From a virus, in the IMG/VR virus record IMGVR_UViG_2675903378_000003, positions 1-30,061 of that record: a DNA stretch of 30,061 nt. One strand, 5' to 3'. Positions 9,609-17,864 of the stretch are shown in pieces (the stretch's first letter is position 1; each line of letters opens with the position of its first letter). The notes beneath the pieces were generated by a model. That model was not told the DNA's origin. It saw nothing but the letters and a program-made list of their open reading frames with translations, and searched no databases. Position numbers and translations under genes: made by a program.

Positions 9609-10231
9609 GCTGCTTTCCTCATGCGCTCTCGCATCTGATGTTCAAGCTCTGCCAACTCTTCCAGGAACGCTTTAACTTCGGACTCCATCTCGCGAATGCG
9701 TTCCTCGTCGCGGTGGTAGCGGAAGCACACGTACTGCAATTCATCAGGCAGACGGTCGTCGAAGCTCACGAAGTCGACCCACTCGCGGCCGCTGCATGAC
9801 ATTTGGGCGAGCATCTGCCACTCGTACTGTGGGTCGTGCTTGCCCGACTGCATCGTGTAGATGTGGGTTGCGGTAGACGGGCATTTAATCTCGACGAGGC
9901 CATGCTCACCCGCGAGGCCATCTGGCGACGCGCCAAATCCATGGATTCGCGGATGGATGATCAGGCCTGTTTCGATCGTCATTACGCCTGCATTGAACTC
10001 GTAGGCCGAGCGAGCAATCGGCTCCAGGTCGGTACCACGCTGCATTGCGGCGCTGGTGAATCCTTCCTCGCGCTTGCCGGTCAGGCGCTCGCACAGGAGC
10101 TGCATCATGTAGTTCTGGCGGGTAGCAGAAGGGGCGCCACTGCGCCCCTTTGCCATCACATCCTTGACCTTGCTGGCCGTCACCCGCCCCAGGCGCTGTG
10201 CGAACCATTCATCACTACGCTGCTCGATCAT
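9605..10231 (-). CDS. YqaJ-like viral recombinase exonuclease
   Basis: Start [10 protein letters not shown] at 10231. The [17 protein letters not shown] motif is typical of the YqaJ/lambda-Exo-like family. Sits next to recT. Confidence 0.9.
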   Translation of the reverse strand: MIEQRSDEWFAQRLGRVTASKVKDVMAKGRSGAPSATRQNYMMQLLCERLTGKREEGFTSAAMQRGTDLEPIARSAYEFNAGVMTIETGLIIHPRIHGFGASPDGLAGEHGLVEIKCPSTATHIYTMQSGKHDPQYEWQMLAQMSCSGREWVDFVSFDDRLPDELQYVCFRYHRDEERIREMESEVKAFLEELAELEHQMRERMRKAA

Positions 10232-10961
10232 CGCCGGTCTCCTCGAATTCAACGTCGATAGGTGCCTCCAGCAGTTCTTTCTTCCGCTGGTCTTTCGCAA
10301 CTGTCAGTTGGTCACGTGCACCCTTGGACTTGTAGGCCTTCCAGGCATCGCTGAATGCAGCCTGCAAATCATCCATGGTCGGAGCAGAATTGATCAGCGA
10401 CAGAGCCTCGGTCACGTCCTCGACTGGCTCGCCAGGGGTCACGTCGCGCTCGACGATGCGCTCTGCCTCGTCCTGGTCGTAGATGCCGGCGAACCCGAAC
10501 GCGAGGCGTGCGCACTGGATCATTGCCTTGTGGCGAAGCATCCGGCGCGGATGGGACTGCCAAGGCTGGGTGTTCCGCTTGCACTCGGCCATGTACTCAG
10601 TCGCGCTGATGGCATGGCTGCGGTCCTTCCGGTAGATCTTGCAGGTGCATTCGGTGCCCTGCTGGTCCATTGAGAATTCCATGCCATCGAACTGTGGGTT
10701 CTCGTTGATGATCCGAGCCCAGCCATCCACACCAACAACCGGCACGATGCCGTTGTTCTTGTCGGGGAATGCGTACAACTCCTTGGTGAAGGGGTTCAGT
10801 TTGTACTGGTCTGCCACGATCAGCAGGGCGACCATCTGCGAATCATTGACCTGGCCCTTGAAACAGGTCTGCTTGAGCGTGTTCGCCACTTCTTCAGGCG
10901 TGGTACCCATCTCGTAGCGCGTGGCGAACTTCGTCAGGAGCGGTGTTAGTGCAGTTCCCAT
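10215..10961 (-). CDS. recT: RecT-family single-strand annealing recombinase
   Basis: 248-aa ORF. QYKLNPFTKELYAFP...GIVPVVGVDGW is characteristic of RecT. Paired with the YqaJ exonuclease. Confidence 0.92.
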   Translation of the reverse strand: MGTALTPLLTKFATRYEMGTTPEEVANTLKQTCFKGQVNDSQMVALLIVADQYKLNPFTKELYAFPDKNNGIVPVVGVDGWARIINENPQFDGMEFSMDQQGTECTCKIYRKDRSHAISATEYMAECKRNTQPWQSHPRRMLRHKAMIQCARLAFGFAGIYDQDEAERIVERDVTPGEPVEDVTEALSLINSAPTMDDLQAAFSDAWKAYKSKGARDQLTVAKDQRKKELLEAPIDVEFEETGDDRAA

Positions 10962-10968
10962 GTGAACC

Positions 10969-12033
10969 TCAATAGTTGATCGTGATGTGAGGAACCTTGC
11001 GCTGAGCGATCAGTGTGATCGCCTGCTTGGCGCATTCCTCGGGCATGCCGCCGGCGATCAGGGCCGCCAGGGCTTCGTTGTTGATGGCTTTCTTGTGGGC
11101 CTTGTCGGCTTCTCGGGCTGCTGCCTCGCGCTCGATCCTGGCTTGCTCGTCTGCCTGCCGTTGGCGCTCTGCGGCAGCGGCTTCTTCGGCGCGCCGCTGT
11201 GCATCACGCTCAGCCTGCTCGGCGCGTTGCTGTGCTTCCAACTTCTCGCGCTCCGCCTTCTCGGCAGCGAGTCGCAGTTCCAGTTCCCGGCGCTCGGCGG
11301 CAGCCTTTGCCTCGGTTTCGCGGCGAGCGGCGGCTTCGCGTTCTTCCTGGGCGCGTCGTTCCGCTGCAAGGCGCTCGGCCTCGGCTGCTTCGCGGGCAAT
11401 GCGTTCCTCGCGCTCTTTCTGCTCGCGAGCAGCAGCTTCGGCGCGCAGTCGCTCCAGTTCGGCCTGCTCGGCTTCATACTTCTCGCGTGCAACGAGGGCT
11501 TCGCGCAGCGCGACCAGGGCCTTGTCCTTGGTACGGGCGGCCTCGGTTTCGAACTCTTCCCAGTCCTCGCCAATCAAGAGGCCTTCCAGCCACTCAATGT
11601 TGGCTTTCAACTCGGTCGAATCTAGGTCGCGGCATTCCAGGCGCAGGTTGATCTGATCGATGCCGGCCTGGTGCTTGGCCTTGCGCATTTCCTCGCGCTG
11701 CTCCCACTCAGTTAGGGGCTGGCGTACCTCTGCCTGCCAGGAGTCCAGCAGGTCACGCATGCGCTTGCGCTCGGCATCGACCTTCTTCGGCACTTCCTTC
11801 AGGTCGGCGACCAGTTCCTTTCCTACGTTGTCCAGCGCCGTCTTCGAGCGGGCGACCTTGTAGGCGATGGAGGCGATGGCCTCTCTGCCCTTGCGGGTAG
11901 TGACGTCTGGCACGAAGCCGTCGATCTCTTCGCGAATCTTGGCCAGGAACGGGTCAAGGCCATTGACGGCCGAGTAGACTTGGAGTGCGGTTTCTTTGGC
12001 CGGCACTTCGACCAGTTGGGTTTCTGCGGACAT
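10969..12033 (-). CDS. DUF1351-like phage protein with long E/A/R coiled coil
   Basis: 354-aa ORF. The N-terminal region is typical of proteins found next to RecT/Erf in phages. The central about 150 aa is low-complexity EAR-rich, which explains the many shadow ORFs here. Confidence 0.8.
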   Translation of the reverse strand: MSAETQLVEVPAKETALQVYSAVNGLDPFLAKIREEIDGFVPDVTTRKGREAIASIAYKVARSKTALDNVGKELVADLKEVPKKVDAERKRMRDLLDSWQAEVRQPLTEWEQREEMRKAKHQAGIDQINLRLECRDLDSTELKANIEWLEGLLIGEDWEEFETEAARTKDKALVALREALVAREKYEAEQAELERLRAEAAAREQKEREERIAREAAEAERLAAERRAQEEREAAARRETEAKAAAERRELELRLAAEKAEREKLEAQQRAEQAERDAQRRAEEAAAAERQRQADEQARIEREAAAREADKAHKKAINNEALAALIAGGMPEECAKQAITLIAQRKVPHITINY

Positions 12034-12205
12034 GATTTCTCCGATCCGCCCGAGGGCAGAGATTGAAAGGGAAGGGGAAAGGCGCTTACGGCGCCACTCG
12101 GCAGCGTCACCCCTGCGGGATGAATAGCGTTGCGCTAGAAGCCGCTGCTGCGGGTGTTTTCTTCATGCCTCCCACCGCCCGCTGGGGAAGCCGCAGTTAT
12201 CCGGA

Positions 12206-12343
12206 TTACCGGCCTGCTGCGGACAGGTGCGTAGCTTCTGCGGTGATGATGCCGCCCCAGATCGGGCCGGCTGCCAGGATGAAGAGGTACAGCAGACCTC
12301 CGAAGAGGCTGCCTAGCCAGATTGCTGTGCGGCGGGTGTTCAT
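12206..12343 (-). CDS. 45-aa single-TM micro-protein
   Basis: ATG at 12343 preceded by AAGGAGG and overlapping the upstream stop (ATGA). MNTRRTAIWLGSLFGGLLYLFILAAGPIWGGII. Confidence 0.5.
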   Translation of the reverse strand: MNTRRTAIWLGSLFGGLLYLFILAAGPIWGGIITAEATHLSAAGR

Positions 12344-12699
12344 GCTGCCTCCTTGGTACGCCTGGAGCCTGGGTACTCCGGATGCGATGGGTACTGGGTT
12401 GGCCTTATGACAGAGGCAAGAAGCTTCTTCCAGGTGGCTGCATTGTTCGGCAGGCACACCCCAAACTCTTTTGTGTCGTACTCGACGTCGTCAACGAGAA
12501 ATGGCATCAGGCTCAACGGAACGGCGATGTTGGAGCAGCCGCTGTTGTAGTAGCCCAGATGCTCAAGGATTCTTTCTTCGGAGTAGATGCCTGCGCTCTC
12601 CATCTTCCAGCAGTAGCCGCGGTCATCAGAACGCCACAGAGTGATTGCCTTGTGGCGTCGCTTCGTGTGCTTGAGGCTGATCACTATGTAGTCAGTCAT
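12340..12699 (-). CDS. Hypothetical phage protein
   Basis: Start MTDYIVISLK at 12699 (ATGA overlap with the micro-ORF upstream). 119 aa. Confidence 0.65.
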   Translation of the reverse strand: MTDYIVISLKHTKRRHKAITLWRSDDRGYCWKMESAGIYSEERILEHLGYYNSGCSNIAVPLSLMPFLVDDVEYDTKEFGVCLPNNAATWKKLLASVIRPTQYPSHPEYPGSRRTKEAA

Positions 12700-12809
12700 G
12701 GCGTAACCATCCCCACGAATGCCCAGGCGAAAGCGCCGATACCGCCCACAAAAAAGCCGCCGAAGATCAGGACTTGGGCGGCCTCTTTCAGGTCTATGGT
12801 GATGGTCAT
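12696..12809 (-). CDS. 37-aa single-TM micro-protein (not in ORF track)
   Basis: My translation: MTITIDLKEAAQVLIFGGFFVGGIGAFAWAFVGMVTP. ATGA overlaps at both its start (12806-12809) and its stop (12696-12699). Confidence 0.5.
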   Translation of the reverse strand: MTITIDLKEAAQVLIFGGFFVGGIGAFAWAFVGMVTP

Positions 12810-13126
12810 GGCGTACGCTCCATTGCGGCGTCGATGGCTGCGTCCAACTCATCCCCAGATCGGTACTCGTATGCGAGATACCCTCCGCATCCGAACTCAT
12901 CCGCTGGAACCTCACCTGAAACCTTGTCGAGCACTAGAGATACGTCCTGATCAGGATTCCGCAGCCACCGATACCGCTTAGCATCAGCCTCAGCAGCGCG
13001 CAGGCGGGCGATCAGTCCGCGCAGTTCTCCCATGGTGATTGCTGAATCTTCGTCGCCGAGGAAGGCGGGATGCTGCGAATACCCTTCCAACTCCGCCAAC
13101 TGCTCATCACTGATAGGGGTTGTCAT
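12806..13126 (-). CDS. Hypothetical phage protein (KRYRWLR motif)
   Basis: 106-aa ORF. The motif is shared with 4242-4847. Confidence 0.75.
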   Translation of the reverse strand: MTTPISDEQLAELEGYSQHPAFLGDEDSAITMGELRGLIARLRAAEADAKRYRWLRNPDQDVSLVLDKVSGEVPADEFGCGGYLAYEYRSGDELDAAIDAAMERTP

Positions 13127-13806
13127 TTCCCTTCCTCCTGGCGGCGGTAGCCGGCGTCAAATAGCGCTTTGGCTTGCTTAACCGTCAGCGTCTCTACTGC
13201 GAAGCACATTTCCTCAATCGCCTTTGCCCGCTCCTCGGCGGCGATCTGCTCGGGGGTGCGGAGAAGTGATCCGTGGCTTGAGTGGAATCCAAGAGCCTGT
13301 CTCAGCGTCTTGATGCGCTCTGCTGCCTCTTGAGGATCGTCAAACAGGCCTATGTGCTGTTCCTTCCCGTTGATTTTGACGCGGGCGCGCCACTTGCCTG
13401 TCTCTTCATGCCAACTGACCCCGCAATAACCGCTGCGTGATCCAGCTTGCAGCTTTACGTTCTTGCAGTTTTCCTGATGAGAAACTTGGCGAAGGTTAGC
13501 TATTGAGTTGTCCAAAGAATCGCCGTTTATATGGTCAATCTCTTCGCCAGGATGCTCGCCGTAGTGAATTGCCCAAGCTATACGGTGCGCATAGATTTTC
13601 TGGCCGCAAATGTCGATTCTGCGGTACTTTTTTCGCTTTTTGGTGACGATGACCCCGGCTTCTTTTCCTTCACAGCGGGATACCCACGAAGCGAAATGAT
13701 GCTTTTTTGTAAAATCTGACGATGGTCTTGGCAGCCAGACAAGACTCCCGGTTTCTTTGTCGTAGCTGAGCCTTGTGCGCAGATACGCAATCGACGGCAG
13801 GGTCAT
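13123..13806 (-). CDS. HNH homing-type endonuclease with AP2 DNA-binding domain
   Basis: Canonical HNH motif IDHINGDSLDNSIANLRQVSHQENCKN followed by AP2-like GVSWHEETGKWRARVKINGKEQHIGLFDDPQEAA. Confidence 0.88.
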   Translation of the reverse strand: MTLPSIAYLRTRLSYDKETGSLVWLPRPSSDFTKKHHFASWVSRCEGKEAGVIVTKKRKKYRRIDICGQKIYAHRIAWAIHYGEHPGEEIDHINGDSLDNSIANLRQVSHQENCKNVKLQAGSRSGYCGVSWHEETGKWRARVKINGKEQHIGLFDDPQEAAERIKTLRQALGFHSSHGSLLRTPEQIAAEERAKAIEEMCFAVETLTVKQAKALFDAGYRRQEEGK

Positions 13807-14081
13807 ACGTCACCCCCGGTGGCCTTTGCAATGGCGTCGAAAGCTTTGACCTCATCGCGCTTGTAGCGAAAGGCCCAGGAGATGGCTTCGAGCTTCTTCC
13901 TGCCAGCCTTGTTGAATATGTGAATGGTTGGAAGGCCTCCCTCTAATGGGTGGCCCTTTGCATCCAGCGGGTTCTTGTGCTCCAACTCAACGAATTCACG
14001 AAGTTGCTGTAGGTGTTCAATTGAGCAGCCAGACAAACGAACAGCATCCCATCCGTAGCACTGCAACTTTGGCTTGCTCAT
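13803..14081 (-). CDS. Hypothetical phage protein
   Basis: 92-aa ORF with 4-nt overlaps on both sides. Confidence 0.7.
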   Translation of the reverse strand: MSKPKLQCYGWDAVRLSGCSIEHLQQLREFVELEHKNPLDAKGHPLEGGLPTIHIFNKAGRKKLEAISWAFRYKRDEVKAFDAIAKATGGDV

Positions 14082-14497
14082 GCTGCATCCTCCATGTTCT
14101 GTTCTGCGATCATTTCCAGCACCAGGTCCGCGTGCGGCTTCAGGAGTCCGAGCGCGATGCGTTCAGTGATTCCCTGGTGATGCTCAAGGTTTGCCGCGCA
14201 CTCGCGGGCGGTAGAGGTGAACTCGTCTTCGGCGGCCTGGAACATCTGAGCCAGCCAGCATTCTTCGTCGGCCTGGACGAGCTTCAGCAGTTCGGCCTGT
14301 ACCCGTTCGGTCAGAGTGCTGGCGAAGACCACTACGCGCTCGCGCATGGTTTCGATCTTCACGTCCATGCCGCACCGCAGATCGTTGACTGCGTGCTCTG
14401 CCCAGTCGCAGAACTCATCGGAGTTAGCGGCGGGAGGGGTGTCGTCAGGAGTCGCGTCGTCATGTAGCGACTGTGCGCATTGAAATGCGGTGTTCAT
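14078..14497 (-). CDS. Hypothetical acidic phage protein
   Basis: 139-aa ORF with 4-nt overlaps on both sides. Confidence 0.75.
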   Translation of the reverse strand: MNTAFQCAQSLHDDATPDDTPPAANSDEFCDWAEHAVNDLRCGMDVKIETMRERVVVFASTLTERVQAELLKLVQADEECWLAQMFQAAEDEFTSTARECAANLEHHQGITERIALGLLKPHADLVLEMIAEQNMEDAA

Positions 14498-14751
14498 GAC
14501 TGAACTCCAATCTGCAACTGCTCTTTAAACTCTGCTGCAAGAGGGGAAAGGTGGTCATACACCGTCTGTGCAGTGTCCATATCGCCGCAAACAATCTGGA
14601 ATGGCAGATCGAAACAGTGCCATTTTCCGGGACCGACATTGCTTGCCTGTTCCTGATGGCGGTAGATCAAGAATTCTTTCAATTCGGCGGGGAACTGAAC
14701 GCCTGAACGTTGTTCCATCTGTTCTATGGTCAGATTTCCTAAGCGCATCAT
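14494..14751 (-). CDS. Hypothetical phage protein
   Basis: 85-aa ORF with GAGGTG RBS upstream of the ATGATG start. Confidence 0.7.
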   Translation of the reverse strand: MMRLGNLTIEQMEQRSGVQFPAELKEFLIYRHQEQASNVGPGKWHCFDLPFQIVCGDMDTAQTVYDHLSPLAAEFKEQLQIGVQS

Positions 14752-14810
14752 GTTTCACCTCGCGTTCGCGTGCATGCGGCAGCGTCCTGTCTCGCTGTCG
14801 TCATACAGGC

Positions 14811-14836
14811 GAAAAAATGCCCGGACTTGCCGGGCT
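14811..14836 (-). terminator. Strong intrinsic terminator inside the leftward early operon
   Basis: Minus strand reads GCCCGG-CAAGT-CCGGGC-A-TTTTTT. Stem is 14819-14824 / 14830-14835 and the A-run on the plus strand is 14812-14817. Confidence 0.7.
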
Positions 14837-15004
14837 AAGAGGGGTAGGGTGGGGATGGCCGGAGTTTCACCGGCGACTGACTTGGCGCGGACCCATTCAG
14901 CGACTCATTTCGTATGCCGAAGCAGTGACGTCCGCAGGTACCTAGTACATCTCCCGCTGCGCGGGACTCATCCCCATTGAAGGGTGGCGTCCTTGCCGGG
15001 GAAG

Positions 15005-15199
15005 TCAGGAGAGATGCAGTGCGAGCATTCCTCTGTCCATGATGCTCAGCTCGCCAGTGCTATTCATGATCTTGCGGAGTTCCTGTACGCCGCCGGCGAT
15101 ACCGGTTATTGCGGCAACCACTTGGAGCTGACCGCGCTTATCCGCGTTGCGAAGTGCCGCTCGAATGCGGTCATCTTGCTTAGGGTCGGTGAGATTCAT
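15005..15199 (-). CDS. Hypothetical phage protein
   Basis: 64-aa ORF followed by a 170-nt untranslated stretch and the 14811-14836 terminator. Confidence 0.6.
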   Translation of the reverse strand: MNLTDPKQDDRIRAALRNADKRGQLQVVAAITGIAGGVQELRKIMNSTGELSIMDRGMLALHLS

Positions 15200-15230
15200 C
15201 TCGCCTCCAATGTGTATGCGCCAGGGCGCG

Positions 15231-15542
15231 TTAGGCGGTGGCCTTTGCGATTGCGGCAGTCATTAGCTCATGGATGGCGTCGTACTCCTTAACCGATTCA
15301 GGCGAGAGGAATCCCGATCCGCTCGGCTCGACGACATCCCACAAACGACCGTACAGACGCTTGAAGGCTTGGCACGCCTCAAGCAGCTCGGGCGCGGCGG
15401 CGATCAGGCGGGCGTCAGCCTCAGAGACTGAAAGCCAAACAGCACCTGCATACTCATCGGGCTTACACGGTCCAATCTCGAAGATCGTTATTCCATGTGG
15501 GCTTCGTGCAATCTCCCACGGTCCCGGTGTGTGCTTGCTCAT
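15231..15542 (-). CDS. Hypothetical phage protein (TPGPWE ... AAAPELLEA motif family)
   Basis: 103-aa ORF. This motif pair recurs in phage accessory proteins in my recollection. Confidence 0.7.
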   Translation of the reverse strand: MSKHTPGPWEIARSPHGITIFEIGPCKPDEYAGAVWLSVSEADARLIAAAPELLEACQAFKRLYGRLWDVVEPSGSGFLSPESVKEYDAIHELMTAAIAKATA

Positions 15543-15558
15543 TTTGTTCTCCTGCCTG

Positions 15559-15663
15559 TCAGGCGTCTTGCTGTTGAATAGGACAACGCTTCAGACGGAT
15601 CGGCAAAAACATCGTCAGAAGCAGAAATCCCCACATTGCTGCGAACTCGCCAAGGTCTGGCAT
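15559..15663 (-). CDS. Candidate 34-aa hydrophobic micro-protein (not in ORF track)
   Basis: My translation: MPDLGEFAAMWGFLLLTMFLPIRLKRCPIQQQDA. AGGA lies 5 nt upstream of the ATG at 15663. Confidence 0.3.
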   Translation of the reverse strand: MPDLGEFAAMWGFLLLTMFLPIRLKRCPIQQQDA

Positions 15664-15773
15664 GGATTCCTTTCTTCCCGTATCAGGGCAAATGGACGAA
15701 CGCCGGGCGCTTACCCGGATGCGTCAGGTCTGGCTGCGCTAGCCCCTAGACTCGTTCGCTGTTCGATGGCGGC

Positions 15774-16421
15774 TCACTCGTCGAATTCGACGAACTCGCC
15801 CTCGGCATTCAACTGGTACCAGGTGTCCGGCTCTACGCCGTTCTCCCCGACCTTGCTGGCGCGGATATGGATTAGGCGCCCCTCGTCGTCACGATGACAT
15901 AGGACGATGGCGCTACCAGCAGATGCGCGAGCGCGGCCTTCGATGCCCAGGGATGCGGCGACGGACTCCTTGCCGCTGACCTCGGCTGCCGAGTAGTAGC
16001 CGGTGTTCGACGCTGCCGATTGGTAGCCGGTGTTCGACGCTGTGCCGCCTACCACCGTCTGCTCAACCGACTTATCTACCTTGCTCATGACCCAGTCGAT
16101 GGCCCGCGAGATCATGGTCGGCATGCTGATTTCCGCCTCCACCACCAGGGTGGCGCTGGCGATCTTGCTGTCATCGTCGTGACGGCTCAGTTGTCCCGAA
16201 GCCTTCACGATGGCGAATCGGCTGTCGCCTGGGGCGTAGTAGCCGAAAACATCGAGTGGGTACTCGCAGGAGTGGAAGCCCGAGGCGCATGCCTCTACTT
16301 CGCCCTCGTGCTTGTAGGTGCCGCCGATCTCGAACTGGTAGCCGAGACAGGTCAGGTCTTGCTTGAACCCCTTGTAAGCGGTCACGACCTCTTCGGACGC
16401 AGCCTTTTTCTTGCTCGCCAT
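15774..16421 (-). CDS. DUF7666-like phage protein with internal 9-aa tandem repeat
   Basis: 215-aa ORF. The N-terminus KGFKQDLTCLGYQFEIGGTYKHEGEVEACASGFHSCEYPLDVFGYY matches my memory of the DUF7666 pattern. The repeat ASNTGYQSA/ASNTGYYSA is encoded by a 27-bp tandem duplication around 15995-16045. Confidence 0.8.
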   Translation of the reverse strand: MASKKKAASEEVVTAYKGFKQDLTCLGYQFEIGGTYKHEGEVEACASGFHSCEYPLDVFGYYAPGDSRFAIVKASGQLSRHDDDSKIASATLVVEAEISMPTMISRAIDWVMSKVDKSVEQTVVGGTASNTGYQSAASNTGYYSAAEVSGKESVAASLGIEGRARASAGSAIVLCHRDDEGRLIHIRASKVGENGVEPDTWYQLNAEGEFVEFDE

Positions 16422-16562
16422 CGCGATTCTCCGTTTTAGGTTTGCCCTGGGTTGGGCGATAGGGCGCCCGGATGGGCAAATGGGTTGGAGCTGGTGATGC
16501 CCCGGCGAAACGGGGCTACTATGCGGGTTCCTTGTGGTGCGTATGGAGCCGTGGGGCAGCCA

Positions 16563-17162
16563 CTAGGCTGCGAGTCTCCGCGATATCTCGATGAGTGCAT
16601 CACATACGCGCTCATCGTGTTGTTCGGTAAGGCGGTACCTGTCCACTGCCTCAAGTACGACTCTTGATTTGGCTTCCTTCCAGGCAGCATGAGCATCATC
16701 CGCAGTTGCGTATGAACCGAGGAATGCTCTTCGGCCTTCCATCGTCCAAATCCTCACCATGTACGGTCTGTCTTTGTTTCGCATGATCGAAACGCCAGTC
16801 GGTAAGCCGCGAAATGATCCGTGACCGTCATGCAAAAGGTTGTTTAGCCAGGCAGGAATGAAGACTGAGGTGTCCGGGCTATACATCTTGTCTCCCGGTC
16901 GTAGAAGGTCTTTGTCCAAGTGGTTTCCTTTCCATGGACGTTCTTGCATCCACTCGCGGAATGCCATGAATGAAAGCCAACGCTCATCGACCTTGCAGTC
17001 CACATAGGAAGAACTGTGTCCGTATCTTTTCCCATAACAGCGTTCCAGCATTCCTTTCCAACGGCTGTAGAACGGGCACATGTAACGTTCCCCATTGATG
17101 AGCCGGTAAACGTTGTAGTCGGCGTCATTTCTTCCTACGCCTCGAATCAGGCCTTTCTTCAT
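16563..17162 (-). CDS. HNH-related/AP2-domain protein with no canonical HNH motif evident
   Basis: Start MKKGLIRG at 17162 with AGGAGG 6 nt upstream. N-terminal YSRWKGMLERCY...W..F..F..WM module is shared with 24365-24997. AP2-like GVSIMRNKDRPYMVRIWTMEGRRAFLGSYATADDAHAAW. No canonical HNH histidines seen. Confidence 0.75.
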   Translation of the reverse strand: MKKGLIRGVGRNDADYNVYRLINGERYMCPFYSRWKGMLERCYGKRYGHSSSYVDCKVDERWLSFMAFREWMQERPWKGNHLDKDLLRPGDKMYSPDTSVFIPAWLNNLLHDGHGSFRGLPTGVSIMRNKDRPYMVRIWTMEGRRAFLGSYATADDAHAAWKEAKSRVVLEAVDRYRLTEQHDERVCDALIEISRRLAA

Positions 17163-17181
17163 CTGATGCCTCCTGTTCGAT

Positions 17182-17222
17182 TTCTTCGATGCCCCTCTTG
17201 CGAAGGGCATCTGAGAAATCGT
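17182..17222 (-). promoter_or_regulatory. Conserved 41-nt hairpin element, copy B (5' UTR of 16563-17162)
   Basis: Minus strand reads ACGATTTCTCA-GATGCCCTTC-GCAA-GAGGGGCATC-GAAGAA: a 10-bp stem with a GNRA loop. Its flanks are identical to copy A. Confidence 0.5.
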
Positions 17223-17234
17223 TTATTCATGGGT

Positions 17235-17444
17235 TTATGCTGAGTAGAGATACCAAGGGTTTAAACCGTCCTTGTGCCTCCAGATGAATCGGTCAAGCTC
17301 ATGCGAACATGGCGGTTTGAAAATGCAGATATTCCCGTCGACTTTCTCGCACCAACCGATCAGCTCGCCGGCTGGCTTGGTCATGTGCTGCTCACTGGCG
17401 AAGATGCGGCAGCCCCGCATCGGCTTGAAGAACTGGTACCTCAC
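17235..17444 (-). CDS. Hypothetical phage protein (start uncertain)
   Basis: GTG at 17444 forms a GTGA overlap with the upstream stop. Alternative ATG starts at 17420 and 17384. Cys-rich (CEKVDGNICIFKPPCSHE). Confidence 0.5.
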   Translation of the reverse strand: MRYQFFKPMRGCRIFASEQHMTKPAGELIGWCEKVDGNICIFKPPCSHELDRFIWRHKDGLNPWYLYSA

Positions 17445-17647
17445 GCGTGCATCCGCACGGTGATGTAGCCGTTGCTGGCAACAACGTGGTCCCATCGGTT
17501 GAACCAGATGAGGTCGCCGAACTTCTTCATGGCGGCCTGGCGTACCTTGATCAGCACGTCATCCGGTGTCTCGTTGCCTTCCGGAAGGGCAATCCAGTCC
17601 AGGCGCTTGCCGTTGCTCAGGTGCGCATCGACATTGAATTGAGCCAT
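17441..17647 (-). CDS. Hypothetical phage protein
   Basis: Start MAQFNVD at 17647 preceded by AAGGAG. 68 aa. Confidence 0.65.
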   Translation of the reverse strand: MAQFNVDAHLSNGKRLDWIALPEGNETPDDVLIKVRQAAMKKFGDLIWFNRWDHVVASNGYITVRMHA

Positions 17648-17657
17648 TTCAGTCTCC

Positions 17658-17864
17658 TTACCAGGGTTTCCCAGCGTTGATGTATGCGTTTCCTGCGAGT
17701 TGCGTGAGCGCAACTAGCTCCATCGAATCGATCTCACCGCCGTAGTACAGGCCGCGCAGCATTCCAACCGTTTCGTGGTACTCAATGCGCGCCTCGCGAT
17801 CGTCTTCCGCCTTGCGGAGGACCCGAAGTGCCTGGCGTACAGCACGTGAGGATTTTTCATTCAT
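17658..17864 (-). CDS. Hypothetical small protein with basic N-terminal helix; first well-supported gene of the PL operon
   Basis: ATG at 17864 preceded by GGAGGAG. N-terminus is MNEKSSRAVRQALRVLRKAEDDREAR. Confidence 0.65.
   Translation of the reverse strand: MNEKSSRAVRQALRVLRKAEDDREARIEYHETVGMLRGLYYGGEIDSMELVALTQLAGNAYINAGKPW

Noticed and set aside
10987-11656. Several 150-213-aa ORFs on both strands over the DUF1351-like gene
   Set aside because: All fall within the E/A/R coiled-coil repeat region. Their products are Ala/Ser/Arg or Leu/Gly homopolymer-like, which are frame artefacts of the repetitive GC-rich coding sequence.
12034-12205. 19-codon ORF (MKKTPAAAASSATLFIPQG) and hairpin GGCGC-CGTAA-GCGCC in the gap upstream of the DUF1351-like gene
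   Set aside because: The ORF is too short and featureless to support. The hairpin is short and followed by a mixed C/T tract rather than a U-run.
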